A DNA stretch of 42,821 nucleotides from Vicugna vicugna (Eukaryota): NCBI GenBank assembly GCA_013265495.1, contig MU058451.1, positions 372,001-414,821 on the forward strand, written 5' to 3'. Positions 12,426 through 24,680 of this stretch are shown here, in pieces (within the stretch, counting starts at the first letter, position 1; every line of letters begins with the position of its first letter). A model generated the notes under the pieces. It made no database searches and was not told where the DNA came from. It worked only from the letters and a program-made list of their open reading frames with translations. Both the position numbers and the translations under genes were made by a program.

Positions 12426-13107
12426 GAGGGCCAATATTTTTTTTTTAAAAAGTAACGCAATACATACAAAATGGCAAAAAAAAAAAAAAAAAAAGGGAAG
12501 GGATGTTACCTAGTATGTTTGTAAGACATTTCAGAGAAGTTTTGCAAAAAGCAGAAATTAGAAAATGGGATTTCTGAGTCATTTAAATTCCAATCCCCTT
12601 AAAACTGCCCAGAGTTGTTAAATAAAAAGGACTATGTATGGTCCACTTTTCCTTCCATTCTTGATGTCTCTAAATGTGTCTTGTAAGTTGCCACACTCCA
12701 AAAACTCCCAGGAAACTGTTGTCTCTATAATGTTCCAAAGAACTGTCTGATACAAAAGTTTCCTATTTAGCCAAGTATGCTGTAAATGTCTCAATCCCAA
12801 CCCCTCTCCAATGCCTAAAACAGAAATCCACTACTTCCTCGGAGGAAAACACGCACAGGCAGGTATTACCTCTGCATCTGCAGCCCTCATGGCATTAGCT
12901 TTACGAGCCTCCTTATGATGCAGCTGTAAAAAGCACGTCTAGACCCAAATACTTCAGAAGGGCATGCCAAGAAAATATCCTAAGATGCCACCACCTCCAG
13001 CCAGAAGTTCTCAAAGGTTATGCTTTTCTTCAGCCCTGATCTAATCTGCTAATACATTTAACAATTTCTAAACACTGCTGGAGAAACTGAATTCTAAATA
13101 CTGAAAA

Positions 13108-13215
13108 GAATGGTTTTACAACAATGTCAATGCACTTTATGGCACTTAACCAAATGATTAGGATGTTAAATTTTATATGTATTTTACCACAATTAAAATT
13201 TTTAACTTAAAAAAA
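13108..13215 (+). mobile_element. Old L1 3' end
   Basis: atggttttacaacaatgtcaatgcactt...aaattttatatgtattttaccacaattaaaa. Confidence 0.6.
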
Positions 13216-13299
13216 TAACAATTAAAAAAAAGTCAGCATCTAAAAGGCCAAAAAACAACAAACAAACAAAAAACTTGGGGAACTGCTGAATATTAACAG

Positions 13300-13570
13300 A
13301 GACCACAGAACCAAATGCAATGGGCAAGCTTTGATTTAGATCCTGGTTTGAAACCCAAAGCTGTAACAGACAGTTTGGAGACGACTGGGAAAATTGAAGT
13401 AGAGAGTTGATACTAGCTGATGTACGTTTTCTTAGGTTTAAGAAAAAAAAAAGAGTTTTATTAGGCTTAATAGTTGTGTGTGAGTCTGTAAGATAATGTC
13501 TTTATTTTATTTCACGGTACTGTGCTTTACAGATAGGGGATCATCTGTAACTCACTTTCAAATAGTTCAC
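13300..13570 (+). mobile_element. Old L1 (L1M-class) 3'UTR fragment
   Basis: accaaatgcaatggg...gatcctggtttgaaa...gactgggaaaattgaa. Confidence 0.5.
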
Positions 13571-13572
13571 CC

Positions 13573-13574
<2 letters not shown>

Positions 13575-13610
<36 letters not shown>
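13575..13610. repeat. (CA)18 microsatellite
   Basis: Direct read. Confidence 0.97.
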
Positions 13611-13612
<2 letters not shown>

Positions 13613-15971
13613 GCGAGGAAAGTGGGAGAACGAAAAAGCATACACAGCACTGAAAGAGCTATTACTCAGCCACTTGTTCTACCACATTACTGAAGCATCA
13701 TGGGAGCTCAGAAAAACAGACATACGACACTGCACATCCCAGGGCAGCACCCTGCTTCTCCACCAGACTTGTATATCGTTTCTACTACTTAATATGTAAT
13801 TGCTTGGTGACAGAATCTGAAGAGATGACAGACAGATAGATACCCTTTCGACTTACTCTGCAAATAAAATGATCCCACAAAGCAAAAAATTAACCAGAGA
13901 TTTGGGAAGAAAACTGAGAATATTTTTATAGGTGTTGTCACAAGTATATATTAATGTGGGGCCTGTAAGGGCTTTGCTCTTTGGATAGTTGTAGAATTTC
14001 ATAATTTATCTATTGAGACATCAGCCTTTCAATAGACGTTTTCATTCTCTCTTTTTTTTTTTTTATCACTTCTTCCATGGAAGTATTTACGTGCCAAACC
14101 CATACTTTGTGTTTAGTTTTGTTTTATTACCTTTCCAGACTACTGAATTTCCCCAAGGTTTTCTTTAAACCTTTTTTCTCCTCTTTCCACTATAAACTGA
14201 GATTATTAATCCCTCTTCTCATCAGTGTCAAAATATTCTGCAGGGGAAAAGTTAATAAGTGTGGGCGTAAAAAAATGTTCAGTTTTACTGAGGCAACAAA
14301 GCCAAAAATTTAAGTCTTTATTATTTCTGATTTGAAGGTAAGTGACTTCCTTCCTTTCCTACAGAACATTTTTATAAAATCTATAATCAATGTAATAAGC
14401 AACTAATAACCTTTGGATATTGTTGGACTCCATCTCTTTTTGTTTTGACTGTATACCTATTAACTGAGATCAATAACAGAAACCCCCAATCAATTGAGTT
14501 TATATTAAAGAATTGCTTCCTAAATTCTAGACTCACTCATTAGTCTTCTCTAGGCAAATAAAAGAGCGTGTGCTTGGGTGATCAACACGTGTTCACAAGA
14601 GGCCAGGAAGAAGAGACTGGCAGGTTCCCTCCATCTCCTGGCTCTCTTTTCTCCTGAATGCGTTTTCTCCAAGTGAGATATTAACTATTACACAGAGATC
14701 ATCCATGAGTATGAGAATGCTGTTGCTCTGATGTGAGTGTGCTTTACCCAGAGAAGGAAAATGCTCCAGTTTTGTTTTCTACTATCCTTCAATGCCCAGG
14801 AATTTTGTTGACTTCTGTCACTGTAAAAATATGTTCAGTACACAATGACTATAATGCCATTTTCTTGTGTTATAGCTAACAGCTTAAAGCCTTTCATTTA
14901 TTAGAGCTCTTAACTGTACACGCCTCTCGCTTGAAATACGTAGCAGCACAGCATAAACAGAAGAACTGAATCTACTTCCAGTCCCTTCACTCAGTTCCAT
15001 CACTTGTACTTACTATTTGTTAATTAAGAAAAGACTCTGGGGGTGCCAGAATACAATAAAATGACATTTCTTAATGGAGTAAATATTTTTATATCACATT
15101 TCCACCAAAAAAACCCAAAGAAATCAAAATATTAATACATATTACTTAAAACAGCAACAAGAACGCTACATATGAATCTCAAAATTATAAAAATTAAAAA
15201 TACAATATACTACCAGAAACTCCAAAGAGGTGGGCATTCCTAGGGCTTTAAGAATTTGGTTAACATTTTCACCTATGTTAAATATCTTAATTTTCCAATT
15301 ACACCATTTTGAACACTTGACATCTAGAGTCTGTAACAATATCCCTCAACAGGGGAGAAATAAAATACCGAAAAGCTAGGGAATGTTAACACTCAATCCT
15401 ACTAGACAACAGAGGCTCGGCGCCCCAGTCCGCTAGACCACAATGTAGGCCAGCAACAGACTAACGTCCAATAACAAATCAGCCAATCACTGCACCATGC
15501 ATGTTAAGTGATCTGCTCTCAACCGAAAGGCTTCCTTAACAAATAACTAGCTTCTTCACCGAGTGCTGTTAGCAGAGCCAGTCTGTTCGGTAAAAAGGGA
15601 AACTGCAGATCATCACGACCATGCACGCAATACTTAATGACAGTAAGACTCCCCATAATCTTGATTGTGTTCCTTCACTGCCACCCATCTTCCAATCTTC
15701 AACTTTAGGAAACTGAGAAAGTCAGGAAATAAGGATAAAAGGACGCAGAGGAGAAAAGTCTAGAAAGACTTAAACCCAACTGAGGCAGTCCTAAATTGTG
15801 CCATTATTTACCATTCCATCCAAACTGGAGCTTGGTCTCCAAGCACAGCACACCTGACACAATGTCCACAACAGGCGGTAGGCACAAGGTGGCAGGTACA
15901 GAATAGCCTCAAAGGCCCGCAAGCCTCACTGCCCGGCTCCGTACTATCAAAACCAGCGTCTGTAATTTCAA

Positions 15972-16215
15972 GATTAGGAGTTTGGGATTAACAGATACAC
16001 ACTACTGTTTATAAAATAGATAAGCAACAAGGACCTACTGTGTAGCACAGGGAACTATGTTCAATTTCTTGTAATAACCTGTAATGGAAGAGAAACTGAA
16101 AAAATATGTATGTATGTATATATGTTGATATATGACTGAATCACTCTGCTGTATATCTGAAACTAACATTGTAAACTGACTACACTTCAATAAAAAATAA
16201 GAATTAAAAAAAGAA
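15972..16215 (+). mobile_element. Cetartiodactyl L1 3' end
   Basis: ggagtttgggattaacagatacacactact...gcacagggaactat...cattgtaaactgactacacttcaataaaaa plus A-rich tail. Confidence 0.9.
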
Positions 16216-17364
16216 ATGCTATTATGTCAAATGGGTAAAAATTCATGCACTCCTAACACTGAGATTTTTAAGAAGGAATTTCCATATTCTTTATTTAAGA
16301 ATCAAAAATATGTGAAAGAATTTGCCACCTATGTTCCAAAAATAACCAGAGGTGATTGCCTAATAAACATACTTATGAAAAAATCTATTTTTAAATATAT
16401 ACACAAGCACATTTAAAATGCATGTTTAAAAATTTGTTATCAAGTTAACTTCTAAATTCTCCAGAGTTTGGCTCTAGAAATGGCCTAGAAATGACTCAGG
16501 TAAAGTATAGGTTCCCCTAAGTTATGCAATTCAATTTTTCAATTTACATTTTGACAATAACTGAAAGCTTTCCATTATTTAGCATAGTAACAACAGAATT
16601 AGAAATTTCAAGATAAATTAATACGAAATATTCTTACAAATGCTACTGTACCACCAAAGGCAAGGAAAGTCATTTCATGTTTGATTCATGAGCTGATTTT
16701 AATCTGCTAGAAAAGACCATCCTCATTTAGACAAGTACTTCAATGGGCAGTGATCAGTCAGCAACAACAGGAACTTCCAGAACTCCCTCATGCTCTGCAA
16801 GTTAAGCCTTGGAAGATGTGGGATCACATTTCCTGTAGACACAGTGGATAGAATAATAGAAAATACTGTGCGTCACATTTTCAACTCTGACAACAGGGCT
16901 TCAGACCCAGCAGCTGGAACACTAAAAGCAGTGCCTACTGCTCCCCACACACCACACACTCACAGGTGAAAGAGTTCCCTGAAAGCTCTCTCTGCTCCCT
17001 GCAAACGACTGAGCAGACAGAAGAATTCCACAAATAGCAGAGCACAAGTCAGATGACTGAATATATTATCAGCCTCTTTTCGGGACTACAGTATCTCAAC
17101 ACTGAGTCCCCTATGCTCCACGGGTTGCAAAAAATCTGCAAAATATGCATCACACAATCACCACCTAATGGTTAAACGTACTTGAATTAAATATATTTTA
17201 AAGAGACAAGAAGCCGTTACCTACACCCGTGTTTCCTCCTTCCTAAATCCGTACCTGGAGCTCTCTCCATCTATTTTCTACCTTATGTCCTGCAATCAAG
17301 TTTCCTTGAGCTTATTTTCTAAGCTTCTTATTGTAAGAAACAATAGGCAACCTGAATGTCCTAT

Positions 17365-17550
17365 TTTTTTCCCTTTTTATTTTTTTATTGAAGTATAGTC
17401 AATTACAATGTGTCAGTTTCTGGTGTACAGCACAATGTCTCAGTCTTGCATACACATACATATATTCATTTTCAATTTTTTTCCATTAAAGATTATTACA
17501 AGATATTGAGCATAGTTCCCTGTGCTGTACAGAAGAAACTTTTTTTTTTT
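17365..17550 (-). mobile_element. Cetartiodactyl/camelid L1 3' end
   Basis: T-rich tail plus attgaagtatagtcaattacaatgtgtcagtttctggtgtacagc...atagttccctgtgctgtacag. Confidence 0.9.
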
Positions 17551-17699
17551 AATGTGTTTTTTCAAAATACACTCCTACCCTTTTCCCTCTCCCTAGAGAA
17601 GAATTACGTTTGTGTTACCTCAACAAAGCTCTGGGTAGGACAGAGTCAGCTTAGCCTACCAGCTAACAAGAACACCAGGTAAGAAGGCAGGGCTAAGGG

Positions 17700-17880
17700 G
17701 CGATGCTGGCCTGGGTTCAAACTCCTCTCCGGCACTCTGGCTGTGTGACCTCTGGCACGCTGCTTGTCAGCTCTGCACTTCCACTTCCTGGAGGGTGAGG
17801 AGGAATGACAACGAGCACTGGCAGCGAGAGTGCACAGGAAAGGCACCAGGTCTTTAGTGAGCACTCAATGAACGTCACAT
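17700..17880 (+). mobile_element. MIR SINE fragment
   Basis: gcctgggttcaaactcc...gctgtgtgacct...tagtgagcactcaatgaacgt. Confidence 0.6.
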
Positions 17881-20800
17881 GTTTTTACTTCATCCATTAC
17901 GGTCTTATTTTTTCAAAGTTAATAGACAAGAAAGAACCCTGCAATTTAGTAATTGTTAAACACTGGGCCGATGACTACAAAATCTGCAGGCTCTCTGTAG
18001 AACTTAAGTAACGTCTGTCAAGGTACAGGTCTGCCTTGGGGCAACGGTTTGGGAGATACTGGCCTAAATTATTTGCAGGACTGGATGTATTCAAATCTAC
18101 TCATCCTTTTTATGGACTAAACAACTAGACAGAGCCTTATAAAGACCTGCAAACATCTGCTTTATCAGATCCCAACAAGTAGGCACTCTCAGACTCACCA
18201 GTCCCTCAGATATTTACGAGGTGTCCCCACTCATTGGTCAAGGTTAATTTTTCTCCCCGAAGTTTTGCTCAGAGGCACAATGACTTGATCCCCTTTAAGC
18301 TCCACTCCTTCTGAATAGCGGGGGTAACTTCTCTTTCCTAGGGTTGTGGCAAGAAGGACAGAATGGAGCACTCCTCGAAAAGCCCCTAACAGACTGGTGG
18401 CACTCGGTAGCAGCTGCTGTCACCATTCACATTGTACAGTTGTCGCTCTCCCAAGACTGACATTTTAGTCAAGAGCATGAGTGAGTGAGTTACATCTAGA
18501 AAAACTGACGACCACAGCAGAATACCTGTAAAAAGACTATGCAAAGGAGTTTCCTGTCCTTTTGAAACCCCCAGTGGTGAGGGCCCAGAACACGTTAGCC
18601 TTAAGGCAGCAATAAAGCCCTGGCAATCCAGAGAACCGGGAGGTCCCTGACCCGCGGCTCTGTCACCTTCCACCAACTAAAGATGCCACCCTGACCACAC
18701 ACAACATGATTTCAGGGGAAATCAAACAAAGTTAATTATAAATACTCATACCTTCATTAAAGGAAATCTATTCAATCATAAGCTAATCAGGCAATGGGTA
18801 CATTTAACAACCTTTTTATTATAAACATTATAATCCTATTTTCAGGGAGAAAAAGAAAACCCAAACCCAAATCAAGGCAGAATTATCTGATATTATACAA
18901 TTTAAATTACACACACAAAAAAGAGCAGATCTTTAGTATCAAAGCAAATTGAAAATTAAGGTGAACATGTCCCTTTCCACCTCCTCCCCACCAAACAAAT
19001 CATCATCCACTGTGTTTTCCCCCTTCAGTCGCAGGACTTGCAATAGATGGTTTATACTATAAAAGTAAACTGCCAATGCTGGGACACTCAAATACTCATC
19101 AAATAAATAACAGAGCAAATGAATGAAATAATGGTTAAACAGGCAAGAATGCAAAAACAAGATCTAAAAAGCCCAAAAGGAGAGTTAAGTTGGCCATGGG
19201 GAACTCCATTGGGAACTCTTAACAGTTCATAACTGGCTGCCTAAAAAGCATAAATTCTGCCAGAATCAACATGCTAATGTCAATTCCCCATGTATCTCTC
19301 AATTGACACCCAAAGTAAAAATTGTTTTTTCTCTCAGAAACTTTTAACTATTAATAACTATTTAATTATCGCTCATAATGTCTACCTGTAAGCAGCTCTC
19401 CTTACTTAAAAGGTTCTATGTCCAAAAGCTTCCAAAGTAGCTAAGTCAAATACTGCCATAGGTCTCCTGCTTATTTAATTCTTCTCTGAAAAGTTCAAAC
19501 TAGGGAACTGACTAAAAATTGTTCTCGAATCAACACGTCCACAACTGCATTATGTCATCAGCCACTGGAAGCTAGAAATGTGGTCACTGATGAACATTTC
19601 ATAGGATAAACACAGAAAATCTCTGCCCTCAGAACCAACACTATTATGACCTACCTGCAGACCACACAGAATTTTAATTTCAGATACCTTCATAGCACAC
19701 CTTTAAGATTTCCACTCTTTCCATAATCGGTTTTGCCTCAATTTTACAACAGCCAGGAAAACTACACCAGCTTCTAAAATGTCCACAAACGTCACATTCT
19801 CACCTCTGTTTAGAAATTAGTATTCAGAATCCATAAAGTATATGTTTTTCTTATACTGCCTGAATTGAGGGTCTGGAACAGTAACACTGTATTGTACAGC
19901 TTTTTCAAACATTACTTTTAATAGACTTTAAAGCGTAATATAAAATAATATTCGTTCTACAGTTTGCAATCCATAAATCCTTCTATAAGCCTGTAAAAAA
20001 CAAAAAAGGAAATAAACACAAACGCTAAGAAAATCTTTTTTGTGAGGAAAAACAAGGCATAGAGGTAAAATTAGGTTGAGATATGAAAGAGTATTTTAAA
20101 AACTGAGTTCTGTTCTCCTTAAATGGCTTTCATTATTAGTATGAAAGCTTGGTCCATAATTATTTCATAGGGGGAAAGATCCTGATTTGCTGCTCAGTTC
20201 ATGATTTACTGCAATAGAAGACCAACACCTTAAAGCAACTGACTTACTTTCTCCCTCCTAGTCTCTTTAATTTAAAATTGATAGAGCATATAATAACATA
20301 AATTACCAAACAAAACTATAAACACAAAATATAGAAAAGCAAGTAATTTCTTAAATAGCAGTTTTGCCATAAAAATAGTGAAGCAATAATTATGCTTTTA
20401 AATATAATTTCAATCATGATATAATGGTCAAAATACCAAATAAGGACACACTGTGTATTTCAGAAAACAAATCTTCAAGAAAAACTGTTCAGGGATGCTT
20501 TTATTACTTTTTTGGTACCCAACATCCTAAGGGCTGCTTAAAAGAATCCCTTTTAAACCCAATACAACACAATTTTTTCTAAGAAATTCAAGGTGTCAAG
20601 TTATGGGTCACATTTCAATCTGATGTGATTTTAGAGCTAAGGTACTGAATCCTTAAATACAGGGTCTGTAATGAAAACACTGCTCATAGGTCCTTGCTTC
20701 TGAGGTTTGCAAGCTTTAATAAGACATAACTAAAGATAAAGCCAACCAAGGAGCTCTGCTCCTTTATGCACTCTCACCACAGCCCAAGTCCCCATCTGAT

Positions 20801-21830
20801 CCTTACATTTTAGGTTTCTAGTAAAATGCTCCTCTGACACTGAGCAAGTCATGTAAATTATATTTAACCAATGAAGGTTTAAAATCAGAAGCTAAACTAT
20901 CTAAAAAATATTAAATTCATAATTTGTGAGATCTTTTCTATCCTCTGTTTCAGTATTCTGACAGCTAAAAGTCAAAGAACTCCTCTGTTAAGACTGAAAT
21001 TCCCAGGAGGGAAGAAGGCTCAGATCCAGTCTGAGAGCACACAATGGAATCACAGCTGACCATGCACATCTTTTTCTAGATGCCTCCATATGCGTGAGAG
21101 GATTTTTTTCCCCCTAGCCAGGCATTAGGGGACTTGCTACTCACTGCCACCAAGAATCTGAGAACATTCTCAAGGATTGTTGTAGAGAATGAGTAAAATA
21201 ATGTGTTGCTCTTGAGCATACAAAAGAGACAGGGCATCAGTAACTACATTAACTAATGATGGGGGCGGAGGGGCGAGGGGGTTGAATGTCAAATTTTGAA
21301 TGCTGTTTAATTTATAATACTCCCTAATTCTGGCAGCCGTTTGTTTTATCTCCACAGTTTTTATCGTTTTATCACCAAAATAACACCTCAAGGGCTATAG
21401 CAAAATGCAATTAATTTCTGTCTACAAGAACACTCAAAATTACACAAATTACACTAGATTGGGAATTCACATTATGTGTCTGAAAATGGTCTATTACAAC
21501 AAAACACTTTTGTAGGGTGTGGTAAATACTGTTCCCTAAAACTATAGTCCCCATAAACTCAATTCTTTCTTAGTAACCCAATATTATTACAAGCTTGAGA
21601 AATCAGTCCACATAAATATTATGCACATAAAATGCCTCAAAAAAACAAAACAAAACCCTTCCACGATTAGTTAAATTCATGGGACACTTATCACAAAATG
21701 AATAGATGCATTCTAAATTTAATATTATTCATTCTTTGAACTCCCCAAGATTTTACAAATTCCAGTTGAGAAAAAGGAGCCTTGCTGCTGTCAGTGTGCA
21801 CTAACCTCACCAACAAAGAACAGGAGCATG

Positions 21831-21864
21831 CATACATACACACACATACACACACACACACACA
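21831..21864. repeat. Imperfect (CA)n microsatellite
   Basis: Direct read. Confidence 0.9.
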
Positions 21865-22827
21865 AGCACCGTGGCAGCTGCTGTCTTTTTAAAAGACTGC
21901 TATTCCTGCGGAGCAACCTGTGATCTTTACAGAGAGTCAAGACCTTTCTTCTCCATTCTTAAAAGTCAAGAGTTGAGGAAGTCATTACCCTGTACCCAAG
22001 AAACAGCGTAAAACAACCAAAGATGCCTCCTGACCTTGCAAAAACCAGAAAAGTACCCCCACACTGTACCATTCAGTAGTGTTTAAGCACATTAAACTAA
22101 TTTATTTTTAAGAATCTTTTGTGTGGGAGTAATCTGGCAAACTACATTTTACTCACATGTTTATTTCTGTAGACAAATATTCTTTGACTAGCTTTGCTCC
22201 TTAAATACCAACGCGTTAGGTTTCAAACACTGATGCTTTGGTTCCTAACTTCATTTTGTTTACTCAAGAAAAGAAAAATACAAAAAAAATTGCATACCAT
22301 AAACCACAACTTTTTTTTTAAATGTCATCCCAAATGCCGAACTTTCAAGTGCACTTTGGAAATCAGCGTTCTAATTAAACAAGGAACCAGTGAGACCATT
22401 ACAAACAATGATGCCTTTAACTCTCAATAATCAATTGACATTAGGCTTTCCCCGTGCCTTTATTTTCACAGTACTCTCTCAAATTTCACTGTCCCCACGC
22501 TGGAGTAGCTGAGTGAAACTGAGGCAGAGGTAAACAGACAACTCCTATGATCCTCAGCACGTAAACCGAGCGCTGAGGTCCAGAACGCGATCACTACAAT
22601 ATATGCCATTTTAGAAACGGGCCTCGTAGAGTTACTGCCACATCGTAAGTGGCTTAGACTTCGTGGTGTCTTAAGACAACGTCTCTGGTGGTACCAGAGA
22701 AATACAGTATCGTGCGAACTGCGTGCCTCCCCGGGTCAGAGCCCTTGTAAGTGACACTACCCTACATATTAAGGAGCGGGTGACTAGGGATGGACAAGAG
22801 TGGATAGCTCTTGGCGTCTCCATGACT

Positions 22828-22955
22828 CCCCCCGCCCCGCGTGCAACTCAGCTCTAACTGGTCCGGAAGAGGCCCCGCCCCCTTCCTTCCTCCGGTCCCT
22901 GCGATTGGCTTACCGACACCCGGCAGGTCAGCTCCCCGCCTTCGATTGGCTCACT
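22828..22955. promoter_or_regulatory. Intronic promoter-like module (2x NF-Y CCAAT, GC box, ETS)
   Basis: Two identical AGCCAATCG boxes on the minus strand (ATTGG at 22904 and 22945), GGGGCGGGGCC at 22881-22871, CCGGAAG at 22863-22869. Confidence 0.6.
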
Positions 22956-24467
22956 GCCCCATCACTCACACGCAGCGAGATTCGGGTCGGTGGGAGGGGA
23001 AGGCGTTGGAGGAGGTGGAGTGGGAGTGGGATTAGAGGACGAGGTGGCGGAGGAGGGTGTGTAGGCTCGGTCCCAGGTTTGGGAAAGTTTCCCCTACCAG
23101 TGACAGACCCGGACGGCGTTAGGCCCGGTCCAGCTCCGGGCTGGTGCACGGCGCTCGGGTCCCCGATTCCCGCCCCTCGGTCCCGCAGGCCCCGGAAACC
23201 ACTAGGGGGAGGGGGAAGAGGGAGGGACCATCTAACCAGGGACCGACCCACCCCCGATCTCGGAAGAGGCGCCTCCGGGACTCCCCGGAGGGGCGGGGGG
23301 GCGGGGAGCTTGAGCGCGCAGCGACGACCCTGGCCCCCTCCCCCTGCAGCCCCCAGAGACCCGAGAGAGAAGTGTACCCCGGCCCGGGGCGTGACCGTCG
23401 CGAGCCGGCCGGGAGGGCCCCTCCCGCTTCCCGCCTGGGGCCCAGAGGGCCTGTCCCTTCAGGGGCGGGGAGAAGGGGGAGAGAAAAGGGGGCGCTGGCG
23501 AGCCAACCCGGAACCTCCCGGACCGCCTCCCGCCCCCAGCCTCGGCCCCTGCGCGCCTCCTGCACACACGCCCGCACCCAGAAAGTTAAGTCAGGGGCGA
23601 GCCCGGCTCGGCGCCGCCGTGGTCCGGCCCCCGGCTCCCCGCCCCCACCGCGGCCCGGCCCCCTCAGCCCGAGCTCGCCGCCCGCCCCGCCCGCCGCAGC
23701 TCCTTCCCGTCCGCCCGCGGCGCCCCTCGCCCCCCGCCCCCGGCGCTGACCCGGGCCCGGTCCAGCCGCCGGGCCGCGGATCCCCTCCTCCTGGCGTCTC
23801 ACCCTGCCGGCTGCCCCTGACACCGCGCCTCACCTTCACACACCCCCGAGCACTTCCCGAGTCCTGCCTCCCCTCGCCCGGCTCCCACCCTGCGCTGGGT
23901 TGCTTGGCGTTTCCATGAAAGAATGCACCTTCTCGGGCTTCACCTTCCCGTCTCTGCCTCGTGCCCCTCGAGGACGCAGGAGCCACGGTCCGCGCCAACC
24001 CCGCACCCGGCAGGGCGGCGGGCACCTCGCTCCTCGGGCGGGGGCCGCGCCCGCACCCCCGGCCTCCCCGCCGCGCCTCGACTCTCACCTCTTGCCGGCG
24101 CCGCGGGCTGCAGCCTCCGCCCGCCTCGCGCTCCGGGACTCGTCTCCCGAGCTCTCGCAAAGCGCTGGAGCGCCTCCTTTCTCTCCCAGGGACCCCGAGT
24201 CTCCCCGCCGCTTCCCGCCCTCCCCACCCCCCAAACCCCAACTCCCCAGCTTCGCGGCGCCTCTGGGATGCAACTCCCGTTTTCCGCGCACTCGGGCAGC
24301 GGTCCCCGCACACAAAACAGCCCTCTCCGCGGCGCACGGCTCTGCCCGGCTCGGCGCAGGAAGGGCAGTCGGGGCCGGGGGTGGGGACGCGGCGCCCCCC
24401 GCCCGCTGCCCGCCTCCCGCCCGCCCTCGCGGCCCCCAGGGAAGGCGCGGTTACCGGCTCGGGTCGG

Positions 24468-24542
24468 TCACGCCGTCAGGTGCCGGCTGCTGTCGGCGCT
24501 GACCTTCGCCGCCGAAGCTGTGGCTGAGGCTGCGGCCGCCAT
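24468..24542 (-). CDS. Candidate upstream ORF, 24 aa: MAAAASATASAAKVSADSSRHLTA
   Basis: ATG at 24542-24540 in GAACATGG context (A at -3, G at +4), in-frame TGA at 24470-24468, entirely within exon 1. Translation not demonstrated. Confidence 0.5.
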   Translation of the reverse strand: MAAAASATASAAKVSADSSRHLTA

Positions 24543-24546
24543 GTTC
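24534..24546 (-). promoter_or_regulatory. YY1 site / TISU element
   Basis: GAACATGGCGGC matches the TISU consensus SAASATGGCGGC; plus-strand CCGCCATGTT matches YY1 CCGCCATNTT. Confidence 0.7.
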
Positions 24547-24600
24547 CCGTGTTAATAACTGCTGCCTGGTTGTTTATTTCAATGGAGATCCTCCCCCAAC

Positions 24601-24631
24601 TCCCTCCTCCTTCTCCTCCTCCTCCTCCTCC
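24601..24631 (-). repeat. Imperfect (GGA)n trinucleotide tract in exon 1/proximal promoter
   Basis: tccctcctccttctcctcctcctcctcctcc. Confidence 0.9.
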
Positions 24632-24665
24632 GCGTCTCCGCACTTGCCGAGAGAGACACAGACCG

Positions 24666-24680
24666 CGCGAGCTCGCGAGC
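24666..24680. promoter_or_regulatory. Overlapping CGCG-type palindromes (CTCGCGAG core, BANP-like)
   Basis: CGCGAGCTCGCG (24666-24677) and GCTCGCGAGC (24671-24680); core of the TCTCGCGAGA promoter motif with variant outer bases. Confidence 0.5.

Larger units (their letters stand above)
1..24454 (-). other. NCOA2: Intron 1 of NCOA2 (5' part; continues beyond the left edge of the window)
   Basis: Minus-strand donor CCG|GTAACC at 24455/24454. The exon-2 sequence I recall following it in the human mRNA (ATTTCTCTTGGATTTGG...) was not noticed in the window, consistent with a very long first intron. Confidence 0.8.
24455..24665 (-). other. NCOA2: NCOA2 exon 1 (5'UTR); 5' boundary/TSS approximate
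   Basis: Minus strand GGCGGCCGCAGCCTCAGCCACAGCTTCGGCGGCGAAGGTCAGCGCCGACAGCAGCCGGCACCTGACGGCGTGACCGACCCGAGCCG|gtaacc closely matches my recollection of the human NCOA2 mRNA 5' end (not database-verified). It ends at a GT donor inside a CpG island. Confidence 0.85.

Noticed and set aside
14584..14593. Palindromic E-box AACACGTGTT (also CACGTG at 3704-3709)
   Set aside because: Isolated 6-10-bp motifs are not supportable without clustering or conservation data.
22682..22700. Short inverted repeat TCTCTGGT-ggt-ACCAGAGA
   Set aside because: An 8-bp stem is at chance level.
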